NCBI GenBank assembly: GCA_016748015.1
Contig: JAAOMT010000675.1
Coordinates: forward strand, 372,001 to 436,000
Source of the DNA: Geosiphon pyriformis uo1
Lineage: Eukaryota; Fungi; Glomeromycota
Direction of reading: 5' to 3'
Length of the DNA stretch: 64,000 nt
Shown here: positions 23,892-38,781 of the stretch, piece by piece
How positions within the stretch are numbered: position 1 is the stretch's first letter
Layout of the letters: each line of letters begins with the position of its first letter
Position numbers and translations under genes: made by a program
Notes under the pieces: generated by a model
The model's input: only the letters and a program-made list of their open reading frames with translations
What the model was told of the DNA's origin: nothing
The model's database searches: none

Positions 23892-26800
23892 CTATGCAGC
23901 TATATGAACTGACACCAAATCACCTATACCTGAAAAGAACAAGCAAGACTTGTGAAAACCAAAATGAACACCTAAAGCATTAGCGACACCAAGTAATCTA
24001 ACTACCCCTGCAGAGAACCTCAAAGCCAAACCATGAACTGAAACAACGGCCGAACCATCTAGTGAGATCAGTCCATTCTTCTTCATATATGCATGATGCT
24101 TAGCACAGACCAACCAGACATCCTCCCTGAAAGCAAGACCAAGAGAGCACACAAACTTGACAGTCTCCAAAACAGCAATCTTGGGGTTGTGAAAGATGAA
24201 AACAGCCTCGCAAAACCACCCATTAAAAACAAAGCTCTTAAAAAAAGCCATGAACACAGAGGAATCAGAAACACCGGATGATAACAGCTGCAATATTCCT
24301 AAGGAAGAATGAGGGTAACCAGAAATCACCTTCCAGAACTTTATATGAGACTCCAACAACTGACGTTTAACAGACCCGTTAACCTTGCAAGAGAACACAT
24401 AATCTGACATCTCCACCTCACCACAATACAAGCACAACACACTAGAATAACGTCTATTATAGAGGTGCTTTCGAACAGCAACTGGCAGCCGATGGTGTAA
24501 AGACTTTATAAAGTAAGTATGCACACTAGACATAGACCTGCTAGTGAAACCTGCTGCCATGTGCAAATCAGAATGCCATACCAACAATAAGCAAGGCCAA
24601 TCAACCTCAGAAGACAAGCTGCTCACCAAAACCCCAGAACCAAAACCAACCTCCCACTGTGCACGACAAACAAAATGATAAATATCACGTACAAAATGTC
24701 TCAAATTACCAGAAACAATATCACCATCAGCTGATAAGAAATGCTCACTCAAGTGAGAAGGAAGATATCAATTGGAGAGAGAAGCGGCACCAGCAATTGC
24801 ATCAGCATGCTTGTTTCCCGAAACACCAGAATAATCTTTTATCTTGTGAAAGCTAACCCTCAACTTCTTACTGCGAATCACGTTAACAATATGATGACGT
24901 TCAACCCAACACTGATTACAATAATTGGGATACACCAGACCCAATTCCGACCTGTAAGCATCCAAAGCCAATTAACTATCCGAGAATAAACAGACAGAGC
25001 TTGATGAGGGAACACACTCCATAGCCAAGGCAATGGCCTGCAATTCCGCCAAAGTAGATGACATCAAATCCAACACACTAACACCCAAACCCAAACCAAT
25101 GTTCTCAAAAAAAACACCAGCACCAGCTCTACAGCCAACTGTGCCTAGATTACTAAGGGACCCATCCGTATATACTGACAGGCTGTTAGCACTGGCCGCC
25201 AAAAGACAATCACAAACAGATACAAAATCACCAGGCTCAAAAATGTTCGAAGGCCCACCATTACCCAAAACTAAAGACTGAGCACGAGAAGATCTCACAC
25301 TATTGAGAAACAAAACAGAAAGCTTGAACCACTTAGGAACTGGACCACGGGGGTCCAATCTCTTCCACCACTTGAAAGTGTACCAATTAAAGACAGCACC
25401 ATGACAGTCACAAAGTTGATCCACAAAGGCAATACCATACCGTCGAAGGGAAGGAAGAAACCTGAAAAATCTTAACTCACCCAAAACCTCAGACATAGGC
25501 ACTCCACCATGAGACCGAAAGAAACCAACTAAAGAGCCACCCAGAGACAAACTGTAATCGAGAAGAACACAAACCATGTCTGCCAGAAAGTTATTAGATG
25601 CATTGACACGAATATGAACAGGAGAACTCAATGGATGAACAGGACACCAACACAGAACTTACAAGTCATGAGACCTGTGAGAAAACAAACGACCCAAGAT
25701 ACCACCAGAGTTCACAAAACCGACAAGGGAAGCAACCTTGCTCTCAGATTGAACTTGAAAAAAAAACTTTAAACCATAAAATGAAGGGTGATAAATCACA
25801 TCATTAGGAAAGTCAAGCGGCAAACCAGACTTGAGCTTCAAGCCTTTACAAATCAGAGCATCCCACTTGTTGCACACGCCAACAGGAATAAAACTGAACT
25901 GAGTTCTATAGCTGACTATTGGATGCAGAACTGCTAACACCAAATACAAGAACTGCTTATCTGAGACCGCCTTCCTTAACACCAGATTGGTGAAAAAGCG
26001 AACATCCGAATGCATCTTAATCAAGCTAGGCTTCGAAAGACCCTCAGTCGATAGAAAAATGCTCAGATATTGGTGAGGTTCTCCCTTTTTGGCAATAGAA
26101 ATGGGCAAACTGCTGATAGAAAGAGAGAGATTGCTAATTCTGCTATTGATAAGAATGGCTACCATTTTGTCACTATTAATAGAGATGTTATTGACACAAA
26201 AAAATTCACTAGCAATATTGAAAATATGTTGAGTAGCCATCTGACTGCTGCCAACCCAAATTGTATCATCAACAAAAGCACCAGTGGCAAAAAAAGAAGA
26301 AAACCTGGCCTGGGATTTGGAACGACCATTCTTGGAAACAAAGTGAGAATTCAACCTATACCCACATACACTCTCCTGTCTTTTGACTTCACACAAAAAA
26401 GGATTATAAAATATGTGCCAGAGAAGAGGAGAAAATACCTCTCCCTGGTCCAAACCATCATGCACACGATAACCACTAGTCAATTCAAAATCAGTCATAA
26501 CTCGGTTGGTACAATCCCCATGAATACCACTAAAAAACTGAATAAATTTGCTATACATCTTAATCCTGACCAAACTCTTCTCGAGATGCTCCCAGCCAAC
26601 TGAATTATACGCCTTTCGCATGTTCTGTAGAACCAGCCAAAGCTCTCTGTTTTTTTCCAAAGCATCCTCAACTACCAAACCAACTGCAAAAATAGGAGAC
26701 TGGGTTGTTGTGTCTTTAAGAACCAAAAAATTGTCCCCCCGAAGCACGTCAAAAGTACTGTATGCCAGAGAAATCCTGTCAAAAAAGATCTTGGAGAAAA

Positions 26801-28581
26801 TCTTGCAAGCCGTTTTGATTAAAGCAATAGGATGTGTGTTTGTCAAAACATCTTCCCACTCATAAGGTTTGGGAATCATTGAGACCCATGCTTCCTTCCA
26901 AGGGCTGGGCACTGATTCATTAGACAAACAAGAGTTCAAAAGCACCAACAGCAAATCTAAAACCGACCTATTACAATGTTTCCAAAGCTCATTTGAAATA
27001 CCTGACAAACCAGCCGCTTTACTATCCAGAAGATCAGAAACCACCTCAAAGAACTTATCATACTCAATCGAACACATAACACCAGAAAAAGCTCCATCAA
27101 AAACATACTCCAGCAGCCGATATTGGAGGCGCCAATCATCCAAAACATCATCAATCACCTGATGCTTTCTAGTCCAATCTTCCATGATTTCATCTACCTT
27201 TGATTTAACAGATTTAGGCTCTAAAACCAACTCATCTCTCACAACCAGATGATCTAAGACCACCTTGTGAAAGGGACACTCCAAGACACTCCTAATGATG
27301 TGACCTTTATCTAGTTCAAAACTCTCCATTCTCTTATTAATAGCCTGCTTGATTGAAGAATTCTCAGCACATTTGGATTCCAACAACTTAGAAGCATGGT
27401 ATAACTTCCTTGCTTTGGCCAGTACAGAATGAATGTGATCAAAACCAGAACCTGAAAGGAACAGGGACTTCACTTCTAACACACCAGAAGAATCAAGCTT
27501 ATCCCATGTCTCCAACAAAGAAGCAAAATCCCCACCAGAAACCAAGCGAGAATTCCTAACCAGCTTAGACACCAGCAGCTCCAGACAATGAAACCTAAAC
27601 GAAACCTTATTAAAAACACTATTGTAACCCTTGAACCATTTTTTCTTGAATGTCCCACCAGCAGAAAGCACTACAACCTTATGAACAATGTCCCATATTG
27701 CATCCAAATCGGAAAACTGCTTAGCCGCAACAAACTTATTCAAGAACATAACAGCATTAGCAGCCATAGCATCCCTGAATTCTGACCACTTAATCTCACT
27801 GGCATTTTTGATATCATACTTCCAATGATTCCTATTGGCCTGCTTGCACATTGAGTTCAGCTAAACATCAAGCAGGCCACCCAGTCCTACAAAAACATAA
27901 ACAGCCTTGTGATTGGTATCAAAATATTCCTTAACACCATCCACACCATGATCTACCACCACACCAACCAAATTAGAAGAAACAAACATGTAGTTGATAG
28001 TCTTAGTAATACCACGAGAATTGCACTAAGTAGGTGTCTTTACAAAAAAGCTCCCCCCCCAGAGAGTTAACCAAACCCAAATCAGAACATTTCTTGAAAC
28101 TGGCACATTTGTGTGAACCATCCTCATTAAAATCACTACCAAGAATAACAAAGAAGAACTCATTAACGGCTTTAGTAATGAGAGAGTTGATCTCACCAGT
28201 CTGAGAAAACCGAGTTACTGCTAACGCACCAGCATAAATCCCCAAAATAGACACTGAGAGTTTATTTCTGAACAACAACTTGATAGATAGGGGCCGACCA
28301 GACACCTCAGAAATCTTGCAGATGTGCTTTGCTAAAGAAGAATTCATGACGATTAACACTCCAGCACCCAAAGAACCAGAATCCAGACCAGAAGTAAAAA
28401 CCCGAACACCATTAAATTTGTTGGCCAACCACGGATGAACTTTCCCTTTAAGCTTTGACTCAGTAAAAATAGAAACTAAATTGTTTATATTCCTATGCCA
28501 ATGAATGACATCATCTTGCTTCGCAGGGTTGTTCAACCCACGAACATTACACGTAGCAATTTTCCACACCAGATCACTCAT
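23892..28581 (-). pseudogene. LINE ORF2: AP endonuclease, reverse transcriptase, RNase H, C-terminal Cys finger; disrupted
   Basis: IATCNVRG, FTESK and SDFNE (APE). PIALI, GLDQGEVFSPLLW and AFVDDT (RT). VYTDGS, AELQA, SDS* and GNKHADAIA (RNase H). CLYCGEVE. Stops at 27861, 25659 and 24972, plus frameshifts. Confidence 0.9.
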
Positions 28582-30378
28582 TGAGAAAGAGGTAGAGAAA
28601 GAGCACCACCTGCCAAAGCCAAACCATCCAAGCGCGCCGATAGGCTTATGACCAAAGCAGAGAGATCTTCCAACATGTTTTCCAATTTCACAATCTTAGG
28701 TGAGGCAGTTGAACCTGTAACAGCAGCAGTCTTGTCACTAGTGGCATCATCCGAACCCACTTCCATCATTATATCCTCCCCTTGATTCTGTGATGGGAGG
28801 GTCACTGGCAGCTGACATCCAGGGCTAGGCTAGGAAACTGCCAGCATGAATGAGTCCAACCTCTTAGCCAACTTACCAATTTGTCCCACAAGACTGACAA
28901 GACTGCTCTCAATATTCTTCAAATGGTCTTCCAATTCATCACTAACAGTCAAGAGAGGTTTACCATAAGATACAGAACCAAATTGAGCCGAACCACTAAA
29001 TGGTGCCAATAGAAGTGATTTACCAACCATGGAGGCCCAGGTTTTTCCACTGAAAGCCAAAGGGCGGGAAACAGGAGCAGATTTTTTTTCATATATCTTA
29101 GCCAGACGGAGCTGATCCTGAGCTGAAAGAGGAGCTCTTTTGCTTCTAGGACTTGAGGACACACCAGCAGTATGACAAGCAAGAGAAGTATGACTGGAAT
29201 TTCTGCAAATTGAGCACAGTGCAGCAGTCAAATGAGACCAATGGAGACCAACACTTTTTATAACAGAAGTGTTTACCATTGCCTGAATAAGGCTACCCTC
29301 AGAATCGAAGCACACAGTGGCACAGCGTGCCCGGACATAACTGACAGAACTGCATTCAATAACACATGTTTTCCCACCAACCAAACCAATGAAGTTCCAA
29401 AGATCATAAGCGGTAGTGCCCATAGGGAGAGTGCAAAGCAAAGCCCTGAACTCATCTCTGACATCTCACGTTTGTTTGTTAACATTGGCTCGAGCCATAC
29501 ACACTGCATCTTTCCCAATAAAGACAGACCACTTAGCTGCCAAGAGATTAGCCTGAATTTGATCCTCCAATTCGATGATTGCCTTTTGCCATAGACCGAC
29601 CAACTGCATTTTGATTGACTTAATAAGCCCAAATTCAGAAATGGCTGCATGCACTGCCTCGATAGAAGTTCCCACAGGAATTTCTTTCAACACAATTGTC
29701 TGATTTATATGATTGTTGATGGAGTGCTTAAGATCGGTGTTTACCACAACACCATGATCATTTGCCAATTGAGCAGCTACCATCATTGCCTTTTCGGAAG
29801 TGAAAGATGCCTGGATGATACCACCAAATTTTGAGGAAGCAGAAGCTCCCCCCAAAACCATTCACATCTGAGAAAATTTTTCTGACAAAGTTCAATTTCT
29901 CCTAAGATGATTTCCTAGCAACAGCCACAAGATTAATATTCAAAGCAAAGGACTTGTAAACAAGCACTTGAATGGATGGTTTGATAGACAAAGGGGGTGG
30001 GAAAAGGAAGGAATCATCCAACACATCATCATCTACATTGACAGTACCATAATCAATCACACCCAAAGGCTTCCCTAACACTTTCTTGGTCTTTACACAC
30101 AAATTCTTAGGCGTTTGATCAGAATCTCTTCCTGTGAAAGCACCATTCTTATTATAGTCAACACTGGTTTCCTCAACCAAGCACTCCTCCTCCATGTCAA
30201 TACTCTCAGATTTAGTAGTGTCACTTGCCTCAGAACCCCATGAACGATTACCAAGAGCTTTATCAGCAACCTCACTATCATCAACACTCTCTGCCAATAC
30301 ACCACCCTTTCTCTTCTTTCTCAAAGCAACTGTCTTAAAACCATCCTCAGGACCAGAAACTTTGGTAGCCTTCTTCAT
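28578..30378 (-). pseudogene. LINE ORF1 (gag-like: RRM-like region, CCHC knuckle, C-terminal coiled coil), disrupted
   Basis: IVLKEIPVGTSIEAVHAAISEFG and CSICRNSSHTSLAC. Broken by stops at 29902, 29466 and 28830 and by a frameshift. Confidence 0.8.
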
Positions 30379-33300
30379 AACAGCAATAACAGAGCCAATA
30401 GTGGCCTCGTAATCGAAAAATGGTTTTGATTTATTGTACTGAATTGTAAAAAAACTTCTTTCGAAAAAACTTTAGACTCTTTTTTGGAAATTTTGGACAA
30501 AAAAGAGAAAGAAGTTTTTTAATTTTTATTAATATTTTATATTTTTAGATTAAAAAAATACTTTAAACAATTACAAAATTAATTTCAAAAAAGATTTTAA
30601 TAGCAATAAACAAAATTTAAAATTAATTTTTAAAAAAAGTATATTAGATATATTATAACATAAAAATAAAAAAAATAATTTTAATAATTTTAATAAAAAA
30701 CTCTTTATTATAACAATAACAATATTAAATAATTAAAAGTAAAAAATTTACAAAAAATTAATCATAATTTAAATTAGAATTTTAAGTATTAAACATACTA
30801 AAAAAACAGTTTTATAATAATATATTATAATATTAATATAACAAATTAAAAAACCAACTTATTTTTTAATTGTATTTGTTAATATATATAATAAAATATA
30901 ATAAGCAATTTTATTAAAAAAGTTTTTAAAAAAACCAGTTTTAATTTTTAAATGCTTTTTAATTATTATTTTTTATTTAACAGATATACTTTTAAGAATA
31001 AAACTTATTTTTATATAATAATAATAATAAAATACAAAATAACAAAAACCAAATAATTAAACTTTTTTTTTGAAATAATTTTTTTTAATACCAGATCCAA
31101 AAAAAATTTAATATTATTAAAAGTTTTCTTTAAACTAAATTTGTTTAAATTTTATATAAACAAAAAAATGCCAAGATACTAATATAATTTATTAAACTTA
31201 TTAACAAAAATAAAAACATTTTATTTTATTTTATGGTTGTAAAGAAAAAAATAAGAGTTTGTAGATCGATTTTGGTTGGTGATTGAGAATAAAAGAGAAG
31301 AAATGTATACCATTACCTTTGATCAAGATGAATAAAATTGCAACCAATAGATTTTTAAAATAACAAACAACAAAATGCGTTAAATATTACCATTCAAATT
31401 TCTTGAAATGAAAAGATCAGATTGATAATGTCTGCACGTGGAGATCTTCGTGTGCTCAGTAAAATGGTACATTTTCATAACATCGTGGATTTGGAATACA
31501 TTATGGATGTCAAGGGCAAAACTTTGATTCACTTGGGAGTGCTTGACAATAGTGCTGTAAAAAAAAAGCCACCGAAGCTGTAAATCACTATTATTTTCAC
31601 ATATTGAGTAATTTTTCACACCATAGCAACTATTTCTGGAAAAAAAATTATCAAGATTTCAATTATACATGAGATCTGAATAACCAAATTGGACTCTCAC
31701 AAATACTAACATTTTATTCTTTATAGATTTGACGTGTGCCTGACCAGGATGAAAAATCAGCTGGTTGGAAGGAATGTGTCAATCTTGTCATTATTACCAA
31801 AACTTTGTCATTATTACCAAAACTTTGGGATTATGTTATTTTAGTATATAATGAAACATTCAAACACTTATCATATGACATCGAGCCACCTCATGTAATG
31901 CGCTTCGTGATTGGTGCCAATTGATTAACATTGTATATATATATGCGCATACTGATTATTAATGTAACTTCTCACACTTCTTTTTTTCTTGCAAAATGCT
32001 TATACAAAATGAAAAAAAATAACGATTATTCAAAGTTGTAAAATTACGCAATTATGCATGACCCACGAACTTCTATATGCTAAATCTACACATGATATCG
32101 CCTCATTATAACGTGATGTAATTTGCTCCATGTGTCAAAGACACTAGCTCCGCTATAAAAATTCTTTACGTACCTTTGTACAATAATATACCTTGTTCTT
32201 ATTTCGCTTCTTTTTAGACTTGTGTATCTTTTTTAATGGGTAAAGTATCAAAACCAGATGGGTTGGAATCAGAACAATTTGAATCCGAGGTATCCCTATT
32301 ATTATTATCATAATTATTACTCCTTTCTCTATACTTTGATTTAGGGTGCTTATTCAACTTAGCATTAGACTCAAATTCAGGTAATCCACACTTACATCTT
32401 GCCTTTCTATCCCTTAGCTCAAACTCGACTAAAAATTAATCTGAAATAAATATGATTTATATGGTATCCTAATTCATCAATCATAATGGGGATATCTTTA
32501 TATAGTTTAGTATTGGTTGATCACTTTTTGTTACTTTCTATTTTTGAATGATATATATTCTATAGCTGAAAAAAAATCTTTATTTATCTTTGTTTAATCA
32601 ATGAAGCTAAGCGAAAAAATAACTAATAAATAATTTCCTATTTTCCATTACTAAATGCAATTATTTGTAAACCATGATGGGCAATTAGGATTAATCCCAC
32701 TAATTCTCTGAGATAATTACTGAATGCGGAAATAAAATCGATATTATTATCTTGAATTAATATACTTATAACTGGGAGAGGCAAATTATATTTTAACTTT
32801 TATACCCAAACAAAGAAAACAACAGCTTTTTTTTAACAGATTTAAAAAAACCATAATATTTTACAAAACTATTTATACATATTGTAAATTCAAAACAATT
32901 CAACTTATATAAATTAAATACAATAAAACCAAACTTAATTAACTTTTAAAAAAATTTTAATTAAAATAAGCAACAATATTCTTAAACTAATATAATATTA
33001 AATTTTTTAGATTGAAATTTTTTTAATAATAAAAAGTAGTTTAAATAAATAAATATTTTTTTGTTTAATAATTAACTTACAAACATAATTCCAAATCTTT
33101 TAAAGATTTAATTATTTTAAAATAAAACTTTTTATTAGCAATAATAAACAGCAATATGTTATTATAAAAATAAAAAACATTTAGATAAATATTAACAAAA
33201 AAAAATCACAAACCAAAATAATATTTATTATGTCAATTAGAAAATTGTTTACAAAGTTTTCAAAAAATCTTATAGAATAATATAATAGATATATATAGTC

Positions 33301-34775
33301 TTTATTTGCAAACTTATTTTGTAATAATTAAAATATAACTAATGCTTTGAATTTTATAACAAATAAAAATTTGCTATAATTTAAATATTTTGTTAAAATT
33401 AATTAAAAATTTAATTTTTTTTTATAATAATTAAGATAAATACAATTTATTAAACAAATTAAAAATTAATTTTTATAATAAAATTTAATAACTTTAAATA
33501 AACAAAATTTGAATTTTAAACCTTAAAAAATACTTATTAAAAATTTTTTTTTATATATATCAATTAAAATATTTAATATTTAATTGTGTGAAATGTATAA
33601 TTATAAACAATTACAATTATTTAAATTTTCAAAAAATTAAAAAATTAAAACTAGAAATTTAATTATTAGAAAATATAATAATTATTCAAATAAATTATTC
33701 AATCGATAATAACTTGATTTTTAACTTTTTTAATTAAATTATAAACAAAAATTACTTACTTTTAAATTAATTTATAAATTTTTTATTTGTATTTATTAAA
33801 ATTAATTTAAAAAACAAAAAAACTTGTTTTTTTGTAATTTATTTAAATAAATAATTCTTAAATAAACAATATTTGTTACAGAATTTTATAAAACATTAAT
33901 TAAAATATAAAACTATAACAATTGTATTATTTTTTATAAACTTTTTTATATTTTTTAATTATTTGTTAAATAAAAAATAAATATTTCAAACTTAATTCTT
34001 TCAATTAAATTAATTATATTTTTTCTGTTTTCAGTAGCTAGAAGCTTAATGTTTAGTCATAAATAACCTTTTTTTTTTTTTTTTTGATAATGAACACTTA
34101 TTTTCAATATTTTTATGTCAAATTTTTGTTTCTTTTTTTTTGTTTGCTTTCTTTGCTTTGTTTGTTTGTAGAACTGAAAGTATTCTTATATTATATTATA
34201 TTAAATAAAATTAAAATACATAATTATTGTAATTAAAGCAAAAAAAGCTGCTTGATCATTGATCCATAAACTCAATTTTCAATTTAAACTTTTGAATTTT
34301 AACATTTTTGTGATTCAATTTTAAAACATAGAAAAATATCTTGTATTTTTTTTGGTATCAAAATCAAATTTTTATAAGATTTAATCAGCTTGAATCACTT
34401 TCAATAATTATGATATAGTATTAATGAATAAAAATTACAAAAAGGTAAAATTGAGATGTAACCAACTCACTAAAATCTGATTTTCAAATGATTTATTCCA
34501 ATTTTTCATTTTAACAATTTTAAACCTACTAATTCCTCAACTCTATTCCAGAACGAGAAACATTCATAAGTCATTAGTTTTTTCAAAGAAAAAAGTTTGA
34601 TTGCTAGTTAAAAATTTATGGTATAACTTTAAACTAGCAAGAATTTAATGTAAGTTTCATTTAAAAGATTGAATTCGAGCGAAAAAAAATCATTCGAAAC
34701 TAAAAATTAAGATTAACTAACACATTATTCACCGACATATATAAAATATCCCGAAAATTGATAAACTCTTGAAAA

Positions 34776-36051
34776 TCATTGATTCATGAGACATGGAGTC
34801 GTCGATTTGTTGGAAGGTTTCATATTCTTTGGGTTTGGGTAAAACTTCAATTGATTCTCATAAAACTGGATCAACTGTTTTGAGAAAATAGCCTAGAAAT
34901 AAGATTTACAAGGGAACACAAAAAAGAATCTTTTAAAGGTTGAGTATTACCTTCTGAGGCCATCGTTCCCTGACGTACTCATTTTGAAACATCGATATGG
35001 TTCCATCAGTCCTTTATGAATAATTTAATTTAAGGTTGATATTAAGTTCCCAACAAGCAGATAGACAAAATTTTTTTAAAGTTTTACCACTTGACAAAGA
35101 CTTTTAATTCACCGGTATCATTATCAGGTGAGACCATTTCTATTGATTCAAATTTTTTTTCAATCAAAAGTAACTCATGGACTTTGCTGTCACTTTCATC
35201 TTCATCACTTCCTTCATATTGGTCGTCTTGAAACAATGAAATCAAGATTGTTCTGGTTTAAAGGTGAATTTTAATTTATGCTTTAAAAAATTTTCTGACT
35301 ACTAAAAATATTTTAGAAATACCTTCATCACTCATTCCAGAAACTCTTTCCCAATACTCCTGAATGAGATTTTTAGCACTTGACGAAATGGCAATGTGAT
35401 TCGTAAGTTTTTTTTTGAATGGAATATGGGATATTATAAAAAGAAAAAGCTTACTTTATATCCTTTTCATGTACCCAAGAATTTTCATCTTGGGTATAGC
35501 CTTTGAAATATACCATTTACATATATTTTTATAAATTTCACATATAAAACAAAAATTTCTTTATGCTCAAAGAAAGAACTCGGAAATATCCCACCTTTCC
35601 ATGTAACAAGATAGCTTATTCGTCCCTATATTCAAAAATTCAAAACTTTATAATTTCTAAATATTTAATAAGCAGTTCATCAACAGTAGCAAACCTTCTT
35701 CTCGGAGTGGCTGTGAATGTATTCGATTTCAAATTCTTCTTCATCCATGCTATCACTTTCTATGCTATCATTTTGTGTTTGTACAGATTCCACCTCAAAA
35801 TAGTCATCATCTGAATCTTTCTGTTTATCTTTCGTTTCAATCACGACCTTTACTTGATTGAATCGGCGGCTACTTTCATCACTTGAGGCTTCTATTATAA
35901 TGACCGAGCCTTCATCTTCCAAGGATTCTGCTGACGACGAAATATCATCTTTGAAAATAGATGAAGATTCGATTCTAATTTTTTTATGGAATAGTTGATC
36001 GTTCATTAAATCTTTGAAGAACAAAAATTTTTTATCAATTTGTGAAAACAT
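34776..36051 (-). CDS. HP1/Swi6-like chromodomain plus chromo-shadow domain protein (7 exons)
   Basis: Spliced chromodomain EEFEIEYIHSH..GRISYLVTWKGYTQDENSWVHEKDI..AKNLIQEYW, acidic hinge, chromoshadow GELKVFVKWTDGTISMFQNEYVRERWPQKLIQFYENQL. Most of it is missed by the ORF track. Confidence 0.88.
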
Positions 36052-37025
36052 TCGAATAAATCTAAATCATCAGGTGACTAAAAGTAGCATGTGATATTTA
36101 TATTCCTTGGGGGGGGGGGGGGGATCATCACTGATAACTTTTCACTCCTTAATTAATTCTAAAGATTCATGTGCCCAAACTTCCGAGTTAATAACTTAAA
36201 TCGGAAGTTTGAGATCAGGAATTTGTGTAGACTATCAAAGTGTTATCAAATAAATGGGGGGGGGGGAAAGGGAAGGAGGTTTTTTTTGTTTCTTTAATTA
36301 AACAATAGCAGTTGTTTAATAAACTGAGCATTATTATCTTGAAAAAATATCTTGCATGCTACTTTTAAAGTGGATAGAAAAACTATTTTATATACAAATT
36401 TCTATATATATTAAATGATAATTATTATTTGATTAAATTTCATTTTACATTTACTGATTTTTGAATAATTTTGATCATGTTTAATTTATCTAGGGTTAGT
36501 TACTCCGTATTTAAATGATATCATAAACTCGTGGTTCATTGTTAACAATAGATGAAGTTTGACAAAAAACTGCATCATTACAATATTGGGTAATTATGTA
36601 TGATGATGACCCTTTTTTCTGGTAAGTATTCGATATACATGTACATGTTGTAGTAGTACATGTAGTAATAAAATTCAAAATGTCCAAGTTAAAAAAATAT
36701 GTTTAGTCACAATAAAATAATCAAAAGTAAATAACTACCAAATTTTTATTCTCCCCCCTCTTCATTGTTTCAAAAAAATAATAAAAAAAGGTTTTTTTAT
36801 CTCCTTTTTCTTAATTGATCATAATTATATCTTTCGCATCAAATAAGATAAATTTGAATTAATTCAAAGGAGAAACAATACACAATTATCAAAGTCTGTT
36901 ATAAATAAGCAATCATCATTGCCCCCCGCTACGTTTGTTTTGAAAAAATTCTCACATTTGTTCCCTAACACTCTACTATCAATATTTGTTTTCTCAAAAA
37001 AAAAAAGGGAAAATCAAAGTTTGTG

Positions 37026-38781
37026 ATGCCATTGAACCTTAAAAGACCAATATCAACAAAGAATTCGGACGATGAGAAAATTCTAAACAATAAAGGAATT
37101 GTTGAATCATTTAAAAAGGCAAAAATTGAAAGAGGGAAAAAGGTCAGGCAGTTAATTCATAAAAATAAACAACGAAATAGTCGGTCCGTACCCAAGACAA
37201 TCTCCAATTCTGTTGTCATAAAAGGAATAAACAATGAAAATCCAAAATTAAAAAGGATTGTGCGAGATGAAAATGGGTTTTGGAGGCGTTATAGTTTGAT
37301 CGAGACGACAACGAAAACAACAACAACAACAACGACGACGACGACGACGACGGCGGCAACAACAACAACAACAAAAGTACCAGAGATTTCGAAGAGTAAA
37401 ATACCAAGGTTGTTCAAGATTGATGATAAATGGGTTCGAGGTGAAGATGCCCATACAATATCCCTTCAAGGGCTTGGTAAAAGTATCAAACTACCTTATA
37501 TAAATATTCGAAACAAACAAAAGCAAAGTGCGATAAAATCATTTCCCAAAAGATCCTTGCCAAAAAAGGCTTTATTACTTGAGAATAATATTCAACCTAG
37601 ATTATTGTCCTCTGAACTGTCGGGTAGTTTAATTGCGGCCAAAAAACGAAATCTAATTGCAGGTAACGAAAATTTTTGCTTTAGATTTCTTGACAATCTT
37701 GTGACAAAACACTAAGAAATGATTGGTTTTATTTTAAAATCAATTTATTGGGAAAATCTTAGAGGAAGAGCAATTAACCAATTCATCTCAAAGATCGCGG
37801 GTCAAAACCCTCCAATTAAGTATTCGATCACTCGCCAAACTTAAACCAAACACATTTCTACCAGTGGGTTTTGAAATAGCCGAAAGAATTTTTGGATATT
37901 TAGAAGTCGAGGATGTTATCGCAGTCAGTCTTACTTATAAACCTGTTTACTATTTCATCAATTCCTCTCTGGACCTATGGAGGGACTTTTACCGACAATT
38001 AACTTCCGAAAAAATAGATGCTATAATGAAACCTTTAATCATGGTACAAACTTTGGCCAATCCAAGTTTAAATCCTGCCACTGCATGGAAAAGACAAGTG
38101 TTTAGTAGACTTAAGTATCGATTATTCTACATTGCCTATTCATATCTCGATGACCCTGACGACTTTACCATCATGTTTCATGGAACCTCCTATGACCAAC
38201 AAACTACATATCAAGAAGCCATTGATTATGGATTTTTTTTTAGTGGCGAGCCAGGTAGCCCAAGTGAACCACAGTTTGTAAAACATCAAAAACAACAATC
38301 ATTTGATGAGAAACAAGAAGGATTAGATAATTGGCGAATTGCAGTTGCACCAATCAAACCTGATTTTAAATATCCATTAAAAACGGCAGATGGTGACCAA
38401 GTGTATATTGTATATACTTATATGGATGTTCAAACGAATTTTCAATTTGAGCTCAACAAACTTTTCAATGATAAAGAGGTGGCTCTCGAATTTGCATTCG
38501 AGTTATCAGCATTTGAGGATAACTCCTCGGCAATATTTGTTGACCATGCTGGAGAATTATTTGATTCGAAACATGCCTCGATAAAAGGAGCTCGAGTGGC
38601 TGTTGATATGTTAAAGTATTGGCGAAAACGAGAATTCAGACAAATTAAGGCTACTGACTATGAAGAGGAGGAGGAAAATTCATCTTTTGAAGAAGACAAC
38701 GAAATACTTGCTGATTATGAAGAGGAAGAACAAGATGAAAAAAAAGATGGCAATGGTAGCCAGATGATAATTTTGCTTTAA
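37026..38781 (+). CDS. F-box-like protein with K-rich, poly-Thr N-terminus and acidic C-terminus; exons 37026-37662, 37763-38781
   Basis: A GTAAC..TAG intron joins the two ORFs in frame. LPVGFEIAERIFGYLEVEDVIAVSLTYK..LWR resembles an F-box. Confidence 0.7.
37305..37375 (+). repeat. Coding (ACA/ACG)n repeat giving a poly-Thr tract
   Basis: Direct trinucleotide repeats inside exon 1. Confidence 0.9.

Larger units (their letters stand above)
23757..30518 (-). mobile_element. Near full-length non-LTR retrotransposon (LINE) with RNase H, inactivated
   Basis: ORF1 plus ORF2 (APE endonuclease-RT-RNase H-Cys finger). (TAAAA)n-like 3' tail at about 23757-23779. 5' boundary approximate. Confidence 0.9.

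Noticed and set aside
24083-30412. Numerous short antisense or alternate-frame ORFs in the LINE (and similar ones in RNase III, BTB, flotillin and element C)
   Set aside because: Shadow ORFs of real coding sequence with no independent motifs.
31785-31827. 20-bp tandem duplication TTGTCATTATTACCAAAACT
   Set aside because: A simple local slippage with no associated structure.
32160-32760. Coding-like minus-strand relic (ELRDRKARCKCGLPEF)
   Set aside because: Multiple stops and no recognisable family.
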